From the NCBI GenBank assembly GCA_964387945.1, contig CAYLYX010000003.1:52344-116343 (forward strand): a DNA stretch of 64,000 nt, given 5' to 3'. The DNA is from an uncultured Flavobacteriales bacterium. Lineage in GTDB: Bacteria > Bacteroidota > Bacteroidia > Flavobacteriales_D > Parvicellaceae. The notes beneath the pieces are model-generated. The model worked only from the letters and a program-made list of their open reading frames with translations. It was not told the DNA's origin and made no database searches. Position 1 is the stretch's first letter; each line of letters starts with the position of its first letter. Positions 38,600 to 47,871 of the stretch are shown here, piece after piece. The translations under genes were made by a program, and so were the position numbers.

Positions 38600-39505
38600 T
38601 TATTGCTCCCAGCTACCGTTTGTACTCTCATCAGAAAGGTCAAGACTTCCCAATTTCATCGTGTCTCTTGGCTGACCATCTTCTTTGAATGGATTAAACG
38701 CATACGTATCGATTACCAACATTGCGTTAGACAGGGAATCTAACTCTTTGGTTACCAATTTAAACTCATACGTTTTGTCTCCTGTATTTCTGATGATGTT
38801 CAATTTCTCTGGCTCAAATTTAAACTTGCGCTCTTCTGAGTTTTTGATTGCCTCTTCGCTGAAGAACAAATCTTCCATTACAGGAACCCAGTTCGTGTCT
38901 ACTTTAAAGTAACCCAACTTGATTGCTTCTTCCTCATCGATACCATCTTGAATCAAGGCTTCATCGTCAAATGGGTCGTAACCTAAGGTGTCCAACTCCC
39001 ATCCTTTGGGCTGTCTATCCGGAATTTGACCAGAAGGGTGAAGAACAATAGGAACCGTTCTGTAAACTTCATCTTCAATCAAGAAACGCTTCAATTCATC
39101 AAAGTTAGAAGCATATTTTCCATAAACTTTTTTGTATGCCAACTGAACCGTTCGAATATCATCCAACGATTGCTTAACGTCTTTTTCATACTTCGCCAAA
39201 GCTTCTTTCTTTTCAATGGTGTCTTGAAGTGATTGGATCGAGAAAAAGGTTAGAACACCGCAAAAAACAAAAAGCACAATCATCACTGAAATGTGCACGA
39301 TTCGGTTGATTAACTCCATCGCGTATAACAATGAAACAATCCCAGCGATTAGAATCGAAGCACCGCCAAACAAGAACCAATCTGACTGCGTACGTTGCAA
39401 CGCTTCGTGGGGCGTTACCGCAACAATAACCAACGCAATTCCTATCAATATCAAGAGCGTTGCAAATAAGTATTTCTTAGTAAAAAGGCCTAATTGTTCT
39501 AACAT
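38600..39505 (-). CDS. Hypothetical membrane protein with three N-terminal TM helices and an acidic C-terminal domain.
   Basis: Hydrophobic N-terminal 100 aa. No recognisable motif. Confidence 0.4.
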   Translation of the reverse strand: MLEQLGLFTKKYLFATLLILIGIALVIVAVTPHEALQRTQSDWFLFGGASILIAGIVSLLYAMELINRIVHISVMIVLFVFCGVLTFFSIQSLQDTIEKKEALAKYEKDVKQSLDDIRTVQLAYKKVYGKYASNFDELKRFLIEDEVYRTVPIVLHPSGQIPDRQPKGWELDTLGYDPFDDEALIQDGIDEEEAIKLGYFKVDTNWVPVMEDLFFSEEAIKNSEERKFKFEPEKLNIIRNTGDKTYEFKLVTKELDSLSNAMLVIDTYAFNPFKEDGQPRDTMKLGSLDLSDESTNGSWEQ

Positions 39506-39645
39506 CTCTGAAGTCTATAAATTTGTACTTTCCTTTTGCAATGTACAAATGTAATATTTTTTATAAATGTAAAATCCTTAACTAAGGAAATAACTACTTT
39601 TCGGAGAGAATTACTTGGTAAACGGTTGTTGGAGACACAAAACAA

Positions 39646-42600
39646 TCAGTCTTTGTAGTTGTCTTCTCGCAGTCTTTGCTTGATTTCTTCAATGTGCTTC
39701 AACTTCTTTTCCTGACGTAGTTTAATCGCAGATTTTGTGAAATATTGATGTTGCTCCAGAAATTTCACCTGAATTTCATCCCATAATCGATCGCTATTGA
39801 TTTTTCCATGGTCTTTTAGTTCTCGTCTTAGCGTATCGGCTATTTGATGGAAATCATCACGTCCTAAGTAATCCAAATCTGCGTCACAGATGATCTGCTG
39901 TAGCTTGGTTTCTGGGTTGTGTGGAACAATGGTGGCGTATATCAAATCATGCACTACGCTTACTTGCTCTTCGGTGTAACCATAAAGTGGGAGAATTTCT
40001 GAAGCCATTCGCGCACCAATCGGCTCATTTTTATCGTACTGTTCCACAAAGCCAGCATCGTGATAAGTAGCAGCTGATTTCAAAACGAAAATATCCTCAT
40101 CCAAAACGCCTTCCATAATTGCCAGTCGCTCCACGGCCTCAACCACATCATAGGTATGGTGAATCCCGTGATAATGAAGGTTGGGAGACAATTCTGCTTT
40201 CAAGATCTTCATGATGTGACGTTCTGCTTTGCGGTAGTTGATACTACTGTAAATGTGCAGATGGACGTAGTCTGTAAATTTCTTGTTGGGAATCGTACCG
40301 CGACCACCTTTAGAGAGATGGGGTTTGATACCCTCCACGTAATACATGTCAATTTCTCCTTTGTTTTTGGCCGGTACTTTTCCACGGTAAGTACAGTCAA
40401 AGTAGGGTTTGATGTATTCGTAAGTTCTTCCAGAGATGTTTACTTTGCCCGGGTCACTAGCCATCTCCATACGATTCGCAACGTTCACGGTATTTCCCCA
40501 AATATCATATGCAATACGTTTGGTTCCAATTACACCAGCAATAACGTCACCCGTGTGCAATCCAATTCTCAGCTGCCAAGGCTCTTCATCCTTGTAGCGT
40601 TTGGCTTCCTTCTCCATGAAACTTTGAATTTCAAGCGCTGCCAGAACGCAGTGAATCGGGTTTTCTTTATCTCTCAATGGAACACCACCTGCCGCCATAT
40701 AAGCATCTCCAATCGTTTTGATCTTTTCGATCTGATGCTTTTCGATGATTTTATCAATTTCACGGAAGAGGTTATCGAGACGTTTTACCAATTCTGTAGG
40801 TTTAAACGCTTCTGCGATTTTCGTAAATCCTTTGATATCGGTAAACAGAACCGTTACCATACGGTAGTAACGAGGTTTTGTTTTTCCCTTGTTTTTAAGC
40901 TCTTCCACGGTTTCAGCTGGAAGAATGTTATGCAAAAGATTGTCAGATTTCTCCTGCTGAATCTGAAGTTCTCTTTGGTTGGCCTCCAGTTGCTCTTTTT
41001 GTTGGGTAATGGTTTTGGTTCTTTTCTCTACCAAGAATGCCAATCGCTCTTTTTGCGATTTCATACTTCTTATTCGCCATAGGTAGAAAAGATAAATGAT
41101 CAGCGCTAGAACGCCTACGCACACTGTAATGAACCACCACGTACTCCAGTAAGGAGAGGAAATTCGAATAACCAATGACTTTGGATTCTTACTCCAAACG
41201 CCATCGCTATTGCTCGCCCAAACCTTAAAAGTATAGACTCCAGGAGATAGGTTGGAGTAATTAATTTGCTGTAAGTCATTGATTAGGATTTCTTCGTTAT
41301 CCACTCCTTCCATCAATACTTTATACTTGTTTCCCTTCGGAAAAGTATAGTGCAACGCAGCAAATTTGAACGTGAGGTTGTTCTGCTGATAGCTTAGATT
41401 GAGTTCGTCTAGAAAAGAGATAGCTCCGATATCTTCAATTTCTTGATCAATCGGTCTGTTATAGATCAAAATATCTGTGATCACCACCTCAGGAGCAACG
41501 GTGTTGGGCTTTATATCTTCTGGGAAAAATGAGTTAAACCCAATAATCCCCCCAAAGAAAAGCTCTCCGTTGGCGGATTCGTAGTAAGCACCCGTATTAA
41601 ACTCGTTACTTAGAAGTCCATCATTCTCGGTGTAATTTTCGAATGTTTTGGTTTTGTAGTTATAGCTGGAAAGTCCAAAGTTGGTGCTCACCCAAATGGT
41701 ATTGTTTAAACTACTTCCTGTAATTCCATAAGTAGCGTTATTGGCGAGACCTTCTTCTTCTGTAAAGACTTCAAATTGCTCGGTATCAATGTCAAACTTA
41801 TTTAACCCACCTCCATAGGTTGCAATCCAAAGCGTACCCTCTGGTTCTTCATGGATAGAAAGTACGGTGTTATTGCTCAAGCTATTTAAGTCATTGGGGT
41901 CGTTAAGGTAATGTTGGAATTTTAGGGTAGTCTTTCCATCTATAGCGATGGGATTAAATTTAGACAAACCTCCACCTGCCGAGCCCAGCCAATGGGTTCC
42001 TCTACTATCAATAAAGATAACACGAATGTCATTGGCTGTAACCGAACTAGGGTTTTGAGGGTCATGCACAAAATGTTCTGCAACTAAATCCTCAATGTGG
42101 ATTCGAGCGAGACCTTCTTTGCAACCTACCCATGCGTAGTCCTTGTCGTCAAACTTAATGTAGTAACAGTGATCGTCATCCCATTCGTCTACCGTAGCTC
42201 TAAAATTGACTTTCTGGTATTCGAAGAGTTTTGGGTTTTTGGGATCAATATTGAGGATAAATATACCGCTTGAGGTAGCCGTCCATATTTTACCAAAACG
42301 ATCAATATTAATGAAGTAGACACTGTTGTTATTGGGTTGATTGAGGTTACTGCTCTTAAAAGGATATTGATTGTACTGGTTGGTGATACGGTTGATCGTG
42401 GTAATCCCCTGACGCGTTCCTACATAAATGATGGTGTCGGTTGGATGAATGGACCAAACCGTTTTGTCTAATAAGCTCTTCTTGCTTCCAAATTCGTAGG
42501 CATAGGAATTAAATCCTTGTTTAACGGGGTCAAAATAGGCTAAACCATCCTGCGTTCCAATCCAAACTGACCCCGTGCGATCTTGATAAATATCGTTAAC

Positions 42601-43557
42601 AATATTGTGCGGAATCGAGTAATTATTGAGGTCGCTCGAAACGTAGTTGGTGAATTTAGGTTTTCCGTTTTCTACAATAATTCGGTACACACCATTTCCA
42701 CTGGTGGCTACCCAAAAAGTAGAATCATTTTCTTTTAGGATGTCCTCTACGGAATTCAGGGTGAGTTGATTGTTCTTAGGTTTGAGTTCGGAAAATTTTG
42801 GGATCGGCATGGACATGTCGATGAGGTTAAGACCCGATTGCGTCCCTAGAAGCACCATGTTTGGTGAGTATTGAACAGCTGCCGATACATTATTATTAAG
42901 TATGGAAGCCTTCTTGGATGTCGATTGAAAATGGGTATACTCTTTTGAGTTTAGGTCCAGAATGATTGCTCCCTGACCATCTGTTCCTACCCAAAGTGTA
43001 TTATCGATAACGGAAAGTTTGGCAATTTTTGTTCCAGGAAACCCATTGCTGGTATTAAAGACTTTCAAGGCATTGGTCTCAGTATTCCAGACGTACAATC
43101 CTTCTTTTGATGTCCCGATATACAGATCCTTGTCTACGAGCAGCAAGTCATTGATCGTAGAGGTTGAGATCTTAGAGAGGATGTCGGGATTGTTGAACTC
43201 CTTGTTTGCTGGATCGTAAACTGTGACACCACCGTTTTGTGTTCCGATGTACATTTTTCCGGATAACGAGTCTGAGACAAAAGTTTCGATAAACGAAGAA
43301 CTCAGGCTGTTGGTGTTGTTAACGATGTGTTTGTGTACTTTAAAATTAATCCCATCGTATCGGTTCAAACCATCTTGCGTTCCTATCCAAATGTAGCCCA
43401 AAGGGTCTTGACCGACACAGTTGATAACGCTTTGCGATAGACCATCTTTAATGGTAAGAGTGTTAAAGCGAATGGTTTGTGCGAAATAGCCTGATGTAAA
43501 AATCAGGCTAAATAGAACTACGTATGATAGTTTCGCAAGTTTTGTCATAAGTTGCAA
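39646..43557 (-). CDS. Large membrane sensor with four parts in order: periplasmic Reg_prop beta-propellers plus a Y_Y_Y domain, one TM helix and coiled coil, a class III adenylate/guanylate cyclase domain, and a C-terminal HD-type phosphohydrolase domain.
   Basis: 1303 aa with a signal peptide. The N-terminal ~780 aa carry a dozen W/Y-rich ~45-aa repeats (..VWIGT.DGL..YD..) followed by a Y_Y_Y-like segment. TM helix WWFITVCVGVLALIIYLFYLW. Cyclase core VTVLFTDIKGFTKIAE...KIKTIGDAYMAAGGVP...RIGLHTGDVIAGVIG. C-terminal HD signature YHGIHHTYDV...ATYHDAGF...CDADLDYLG. Confidence 0.75.
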   Translation of the reverse strand: MQLMTKLAKLSYVVLFSLIFTSGYFAQTIRFNTLTIKDGLSQSVINCVGQDPLGYIWIGTQDGLNRYDGINFKVHKHIVNNTNSLSSSFIETFVSDSLSGKMYIGTQNGGVTVYDPANKEFNNPDILSKISTSTINDLLLVDKDLYIGTSKEGLYVWNTETNALKVFNTSNGFPGTKIAKLSVIDNTLWVGTDGQGAIILDLNSKEYTHFQSTSKKASILNNNVSAAVQYSPNMVLLGTQSGLNLIDMSMPIPKFSELKPKNNQLTLNSVEDILKENDSTFWVATSGNGVYRIIVENGKPKFTNYVSSDLNNYSIPHNIVNDIYQDRTGSVWIGTQDGLAYFDPVKQGFNSYAYEFGSKKSLLDKTVWSIHPTDTIIYVGTRQGITTINRITNQYNQYPFKSSNLNQPNNNSVYFINIDRFGKIWTATSSGIFILNIDPKNPKLFEYQKVNFRATVDEWDDDHCYYIKFDDKDYAWVGCKEGLARIHIEDLVAEHFVHDPQNPSSVTANDIRVIFIDSRGTHWLGSAGGGLSKFNPIAIDGKTTLKFQHYLNDPNDLNSLSNNTVLSIHEEPEGTLWIATYGGGLNKFDIDTEQFEVFTEEEGLANNATYGITGSSLNNTIWVSTNFGLSSYNYKTKTFENYTENDGLLSNEFNTGAYYESANGELFFGGIIGFNSFFPEDIKPNTVAPEVVITDILIYNRPIDQEIEDIGAISFLDELNLSYQQNNLTFKFAALHYTFPKGNKYKVLMEGVDNEEILINDLQQINYSNLSPGVYTFKVWASNSDGVWSKNPKSLVIRISSPYWSTWWFITVCVGVLALIIYLFYLWRIRSMKSQKERLAFLVEKRTKTITQQKEQLEANQRELQIQQEKSDNLLHNILPAETVEELKNKGKTKPRYYRMVTVLFTDIKGFTKIAEAFKPTELVKRLDNLFREIDKIIEKHQIEKIKTIGDAYMAAGGVPLRDKENPIHCVLAALEIQSFMEKEAKRYKDEEPWQLRIGLHTGDVIAGVIGTKRIAYDIWGNTVNVANRMEMASDPGKVNISGRTYEYIKPYFDCTYRGKVPAKNKGEIDMYYVEGIKPHLSKGGRGTIPNKKFTDYVHLHIYSSINYRKAERHIMKILKAELSPNLHYHGIHHTYDVVEAVERLAIMEGVLDEDIFVLKSAATYHDAGFVEQYDKNEPIGARMASEILPLYGYTEEQVSVVHDLIYATIVPHNPETKLQQIICDADLDYLGRDDFHQIADTLRRELKDHGKINSDRLWDEIQVKFLEQHQYFTKSAIKLRQEKKLKHIEEIKQRLREDNYKD

Positions 43558-43586
43558 AAAGTCCGAACGGAAGGGGTGCCTGCTCG

Positions 43587-45257
43587 TTATTCTGTATCAT
43601 TTTGCTCTTCAGCATCATCGCTTTGAGCATCATCGGTCTCTTCGGTTGCAGGTGGAGGAGTGTCTGTGGTTTCTTCCTGCTTATTGCCCAAGTAATTTGG
43701 GAGCTGCATTCCAGCCATATTGAACATTTCTTCTAAAGGCGGCACAGATTTGTAAATACCGCTCAGAAAGTTGGCTGTAGACGTTTTTCCGTTCGAGTTT
43801 TGACCACCATCCCAAACAGTAACTTTATCAATCTTGATATTGCTAATCGCTTCGGCTTGTGTTTTAACCAACTCAGGAAGTTTATCTGCAACGAGTAGTA
43901 ATACCGCATCCTTCGGATTTTGACCAGCCGCATCCACGATTCTATCCAATCCTTCTGCTTGCTTGGTCAATACTTCATAAAGACCTTGTGCTTCCGCTTG
44001 TTTTTTCATTAAGATCGCATCGGCTTCACCTTTTGCAATCCTTCTAATATTTTCTGCTTGCGCTTCGGCTTGAATTTCGATTTTACTCTTTTCGATTTCA
44101 GCAGGAACAACGATATCCGCATATTGAGAAGCTTTGTCTCTTTGAGCACGCTGGTTCTCAGCTTCTTGCTCAGCCACGTATGCTTCTTGAAGGGCTTGTG
44201 CTGCCTGAACCTTCTCTGCAGCAATCGCTCTCTTCTCAGCTTCAGCTTGTTTCTCTCTTCTCAACGCATCCGATTCTGCAATTTCAATTCTAGCGGTGTT
44301 TTCACCTTCAATTGCTTTTGCATTAGCTGCTGAAGTTTGAATTCTTTCGTTCTGAAGGGCCTTGGCCTCACCAATTTTTGCCTGAGCCATCGCATCAGCC
44401 GTTTGGATTCGCTCATTTTGAAGTGCTTGTGCCTCACCAATTTTTGCCTGTGCATTGGCAGCAGCTACTTGTGTTCGCTCGGTCTGTTGTGCATTGGCCT
44501 CACCGATTTTTGCTTTAGCTGTAGCTTCTGCAACTTTTACGCGTTGCTCTTGTACTGCATTCGCCTCACCAATCGAACCGTCTCTGTTTTTCTCTGCAAC
44601 CGATCTTCTTGCTTCGTTGATTGCGTGTGCAGCAGCTTCCTTACCAAGTGCTTCAATATAGCCTGATTCATCTTTGATATCCGTAATGTTTACGTTAATC
44701 AGTTTCAGACCAATTTTCTTGAGTTCCGCTTCTACGTTGTGTGTAATGTTTGCCAAGAACTTGTCTCGGTTTGAGTTAATTTCCTCAATGTCCATCGTAG
44801 CAATAACCAAACGCAACTGACCGAAAATAATATCTCTGGCAATGGATTTAATTTCATCCTTGGTTAAGTTCAGCAATCTCTCTGCTGCGTTATTCATAGA
44901 ACCTGCTTCATTCGATATCGCAATTGTAAAGCTAGAGGGAACGTCTACTCGAATGTTCTGCTTTGAAAGGGCGTTTTTTAACTCTACCTCCAATGAGAGA
45001 GGAGCCAAGTCTAAGAACGAATAATCTTGAAGAACTGGCCAAATAAAAGCTGCTCCACCAGAAATACACTTGGCTGATTTGCCTGCATCACTTCCTCGTC
45101 CGTAGATAACAAGGATCTTATTGGAGGGGCATCGCTTATATCTCCTAATCCATGTTGTGATGATCACAACTACGAATAATACGGCAACAAGTATTCCAAC
45201 TAGAGCAAATGAAAAACCATCCGGTTGAAAAGAAGTTTCTAGCAAAGAGAAATTCAT
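43587..45257 (-). CDS. Flotillin/SPFH (band-7) family protein of the YqiK/FloA type with an Ala/Glu/Gln-rich repeat coiled-coil and an acidic C-terminal tail.
   Basis: N-terminal TM helix plus an SPFH domain (...GGAAFIWPVLQDYSFLDLAPLSLEVELKNALSKQNIRVDVPSSFTIAI...). The central region has four to five copies of a 22-aa repeat (EAxALQNERIQTxAANAQAKIG). C-terminal tail TEETDDAQSDDAEEQNDTE. Confidence 0.8.
   Translation of the reverse strand: MNFSLLETSFQPDGFSFALVGILVAVLFVVVIITTWIRRYKRCPSNKILVIYGRGSDAGKSAKCISGGAAFIWPVLQDYSFLDLAPLSLEVELKNALSKQNIRVDVPSSFTIAISNEAGSMNNAAERLLNLTKDEIKSIARDIIFGQLRLVIATMDIEEINSNRDKFLANITHNVEAELKKIGLKLINVNITDIKDESGYIEALGKEAAAHAINEARRSVAEKNRDGSIGEANAVQEQRVKVAEATAKAKIGEANAQQTERTQVAAANAQAKIGEAQALQNERIQTADAMAQAKIGEAKALQNERIQTSAANAKAIEGENTARIEIAESDALRREKQAEAEKRAIAAEKVQAAQALQEAYVAEQEAENQRAQRDKASQYADIVVPAEIEKSKIEIQAEAQAENIRRIAKGEADAILMKKQAEAQGLYEVLTKQAEGLDRIVDAAGQNPKDAVLLLVADKLPELVKTQAEAISNIKIDKVTVWDGGQNSNGKTSTANFLSGIYKSVPPLEEMFNMAGMQLPNYLGNKQEETTDTPPPATEETDDAQSDDAEEQNDTE
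44290..44590. repeat. In-frame 66-bp tandem repeat, about 4-5 copies, inside the flotillin gene.
   Basis: The core gcctcacc(a/g)at recurs at 44365, 44431, 44497 and 44563, an exact 66-nt spacing, with an extra (ttggcctca) at 44361. Each 66-mer is only ~70% identical to the next. This encodes the 22-aa EA-repeat. Confidence 0.7.
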
Positions 45258-45360
45258 AGTAATACGTTTAGGTTTTGTAGACGTAAATATAGGATATTCT
45301 CTTTTACTTGGGCAGGATATCGGAAAAAAAGAAAGAAATTATCGGAAACTAAGAATGATC

Positions 45361-45924
45361 TTATCCACGAACCTTTTCTACGAGTACAATTTCGTCTGAA
45401 ACGACTTTGATTACGCGGATAACATTGGCTCGTTGCAAATCTTCATCTTCATCTGTTAAGGCTTCCAGTTCACGTAATGAACCTTGTACTCGGATTGAAA
45501 TTTTCCCAATGGTACTTCTGTTGGCACCAATGGTAAGATAAACCTCGCCAATTATACCCACGGCATTGTTAAGGTCGAGGTTGCCGCTTTCACCTGAGTT
45601 TCTTAAGAAATAGAAGAGGGAAGCCATCGCCAACATCATTAATAATCCGCAAATTAAAGATACAATAATCGTGGTGGTAGGGGTGTAGCCAGAATAAAAA
45701 CAGGCCAAGCCAGACCAACCGAAAATTGTTACAAAACCAACTAAATTCTTGAACGTTAAAAATTGGAAATCAATACCACCATCAAAGTCACTATCTCCGA
45801 TCTCGTCTGCTTCTCCGCCTAAGAAGGTCATAACTAAGATAAACAGAAAAAACAAGGATCCAATTAGGGTTGTGATCCAATATACTTTTGCTAGAAGCTC
45901 TAAGCCGCTCCACCATTCGCTCAT
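45361..45924 (-). CDS. NfeD/YqiJ-like membrane protein, the usual partner of SPFH/flotillin proteins.
   Basis: 187 aa with four TM helices plus a C-terminal soluble ~70-aa beta-rich domain (IGEVYLTIGANRSTIGKISIRVQGSLRELEAL), consistent with an NfeD OB-fold. Located immediately upstream of the flotillin gene, as in E. coli yqiJK. Confidence 0.55.
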   Translation of the reverse strand: MSEWWSGLELLAKVYWITTLIGSLFFLFILVMTFLGGEADEIGDSDFDGGIDFQFLTFKNLVGFVTIFGWSGLACFYSGYTPTTTIIVSLICGLLMMLAMASLFYFLRNSGESGNLDLNNAVGIIGEVYLTIGANRSTIGKISIRVQGSLRELEALTDEDEDLQRANVIRVIKVVSDEIVLVEKVRG

Positions 45925-45989
45925 AGTTGTGTAAATTAAAGGTTATACTGAGAATACGAAGTTTTTTATTGAGAGGTTACAGAATAAGA

Positions 45990-47810
45990 TCAGATTCGAA
46001 CACCGATGATCAAAATATCGTCAACTTGTTCGAAAGACCCTTTCCAGGTTTCAATCTCTTGGTCTAGCATTTCTTTTTGCTTGCTCATCGGTTCATCTTT
46101 GATCGATACCAACAGTTCTCTAAACTGTCTATACATGAATTTCTTTCCTTTCACTCCACCAAACTGATCCGCATAACCGTCAGAGAAAACGTATACTAAA
46201 TCTCCCTTCTGCAACTCAAATTCATGATTGGTATAATGCTCTGTGCCGTCTTCGAAGCTTGCAATGGCAAACTTGTCGGCTTTGGTAACCATAATTTCAC
46301 CATCTCTCACAATGTATAGTGGGTTGTTGGCACCAGCATATTCAAGTTGCTTAAGGTCTTTTGAGATAGCACACAAAGCCAGGTCCATTCCATCTCTCAC
46401 ACTAATTCCTTCTTCTGACTTATTCAAAGCTTCGGAAGATAGCTTATTCAACTTGTCTAGAATGTTTGCTGGTTTGTCTTCCCTTTCATTTATGATTTGG
46501 TTGAGGGCATTGGCTCCAATCAAACTCATAAAAGCTCCAGGTACTCCATGTCCCGTACAATCTACTGCCGAAAAAAGAATCTTGTCTTCTGTTTCACTTA
46601 CCCAATAGAAGTCTCCAGAAACAATGTCTTTTGGTTTAAACAAAACAAAGGAATCTGGTAACAATCGCTCAATAAAAGCATGCTGCGGAAGGATCGAATC
46701 TTGCAGTCGCTTTGCGTATCGGATACTGTCGGTAACGTCTTTGTAGAGTTCTTCCAACTTTTCGCTCTGACGTTCAATCTCTTCTTTCTGACGAACTACC
46801 TCTGCCGTACGTTCCTTCACTTTTTGCTCGAGAATTCGTTCGTTTTCTGCTAACTCGTCACGCATTTTTACCAAGGCATGTCCTAATACATCCTCACTGC
46901 TCAACGGTGTGTAAGGGTAGTCAAAGTTACTTTTACCCACCTCATTAGCAAAGTCAGTAGTTCGTTTTAGTCCATCTACCAATTGATTCATGGCGATAGA
47001 CATTTCACCGATCTCATCGTTACTTGGGTCCACCTTCTGTTTCGGGAAAATCCCCTTACCTAGGTTAATTAGAATGCCTTTCAGCTGAGTAACCGGACGT
47101 GTAATGCTTCGGGTAGTGAAGAGGGCAATGATCATGGTTCCCACTACCAAAACCAAGAGTGCAACGATGATCAGTTTGAAGAGGAATGAAAACCCATCCG
47201 AAGTCTCGGTGAATTTCACATTCATGGTCTCCTTTTGCTTAGAGGATTCGTTTTCTTTCTTTTCTCTTAATTTATGCGTTTTGGCAAGAACTTCATCTAG
47301 TTTAGGGTTGATATCATCAATGGCCGTTTGTGCCATGAATAGATTAGTTACGTCTGCTTTTGAAGCAAAGTCCGTAAGCACCATTCGGATATTCATGTCG
47401 ATATCATCCTTGAGAACAACTAAATCTTTCTTGATTTCCTTGTATGCTTGGAGGTCTTCGCTTGCGTCATCTCCCCACTTGCTGGCAACATCGTTTAGCG
47501 CCACAGTGTCTTCGTGCAGTAAGGTGTCCATGATGGTATTCATGGCGTGAAGCGAAGTAAGGTCATTCGTTGTATTGTAAACCCAGTTATTGACGTGAAA
47601 TGAAAGATCATCCAAGTCTTCCTCAAGAGATTCGAGACCTTTTACTGTTGGTTCACCTACTTCGTTGTATTGTTTGTTAGAATGACCATAGGAGTCAAGC
47701 GTTGCTTTGGCGCCATTAACCATTGATATGGTATAGCCAAAAACAGCGAATATCAGCACCCCTACAACAATAAAACCTAAACCTATTTTCCGTCCGACCG
47801 TAAATCGCAT
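45990..47810 (-). CDS. Membrane-bound PP2C-type (SpoIIE/RsbU-family) serine phosphatase with a periplasmic sensor region, a HAMP domain and a coiled coil.
   Basis: N-terminal TM helix, a ~170-aa extracytoplasmic region, a second TM helix, a HAMP-like segment (ITRPVTQLKGILINLGKG...) and a coiled coil. C-terminal PP2C motifs: SGDFYWV, DCTGHGVPGA, RDGMDLALC. Confidence 0.75.
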   Translation of the reverse strand: MRFTVGRKIGLGFIVVGVLIFAVFGYTISMVNGAKATLDSYGHSNKQYNEVGEPTVKGLESLEEDLDDLSFHVNNWVYNTTNDLTSLHAMNTIMDTLLHEDTVALNDVASKWGDDASEDLQAYKEIKKDLVVLKDDIDMNIRMVLTDFASKADVTNLFMAQTAIDDINPKLDEVLAKTHKLREKKENESSKQKETMNVKFTETSDGFSFLFKLIIVALLVLVVGTMIIALFTTRSITRPVTQLKGILINLGKGIFPKQKVDPSNDEIGEMSIAMNQLVDGLKRTTDFANEVGKSNFDYPYTPLSSEDVLGHALVKMRDELAENERILEQKVKERTAEVVRQKEEIERQSEKLEELYKDVTDSIRYAKRLQDSILPQHAFIERLLPDSFVLFKPKDIVSGDFYWVSETEDKILFSAVDCTGHGVPGAFMSLIGANALNQIINEREDKPANILDKLNKLSSEALNKSEEGISVRDGMDLALCAISKDLKQLEYAGANNPLYIVRDGEIMVTKADKFAIASFEDGTEHYTNHEFELQKGDLVYVFSDGYADQFGGVKGKKFMYRQFRELLVSIKDEPMSKQKEMLDQEIETWKGSFEQVDDILIIGVRI

Positions 47811-47824
47811 GCCCTAAAATACAA

Positions 47825-47846
47825 AAAGGAATCAATCAGGATTCCT
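47825..47846 (-). terminator. Rho-independent terminator downstream of the HAMP-PP2C phosphatase gene.
   Basis: AAGGAATCAATCAGGATTCCTT is an 8-bp stem with a 6-nt loop, 3' of the 47872 gene end, with an A-run on the plus strand (a T-run on the minus strand). Confidence 0.5.
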
Positions 47847-47871
47847 TTATTGTTAAATAATTTTATTAAAA

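Noticed and set aside
39520-39549. Palindrome TTTGTAC-N14-GTACAAA upstream of the 38600-39505 gene
   Set aside because: The stem is only 7 bp, in AT-rich promoter DNA. It overlaps a candidate -7 box, and it is more likely chance than an operator.
40156-41082. 308-aa plus-strand ORF inside the cyclase-HD sensor gene
   Set aside because: It is entirely antisense to a well-supported 1303-aa gene with clear domains. The translated product is low-complexity and Phe/Arg-rich with no motifs. This is a typical antisense shadow ORF.
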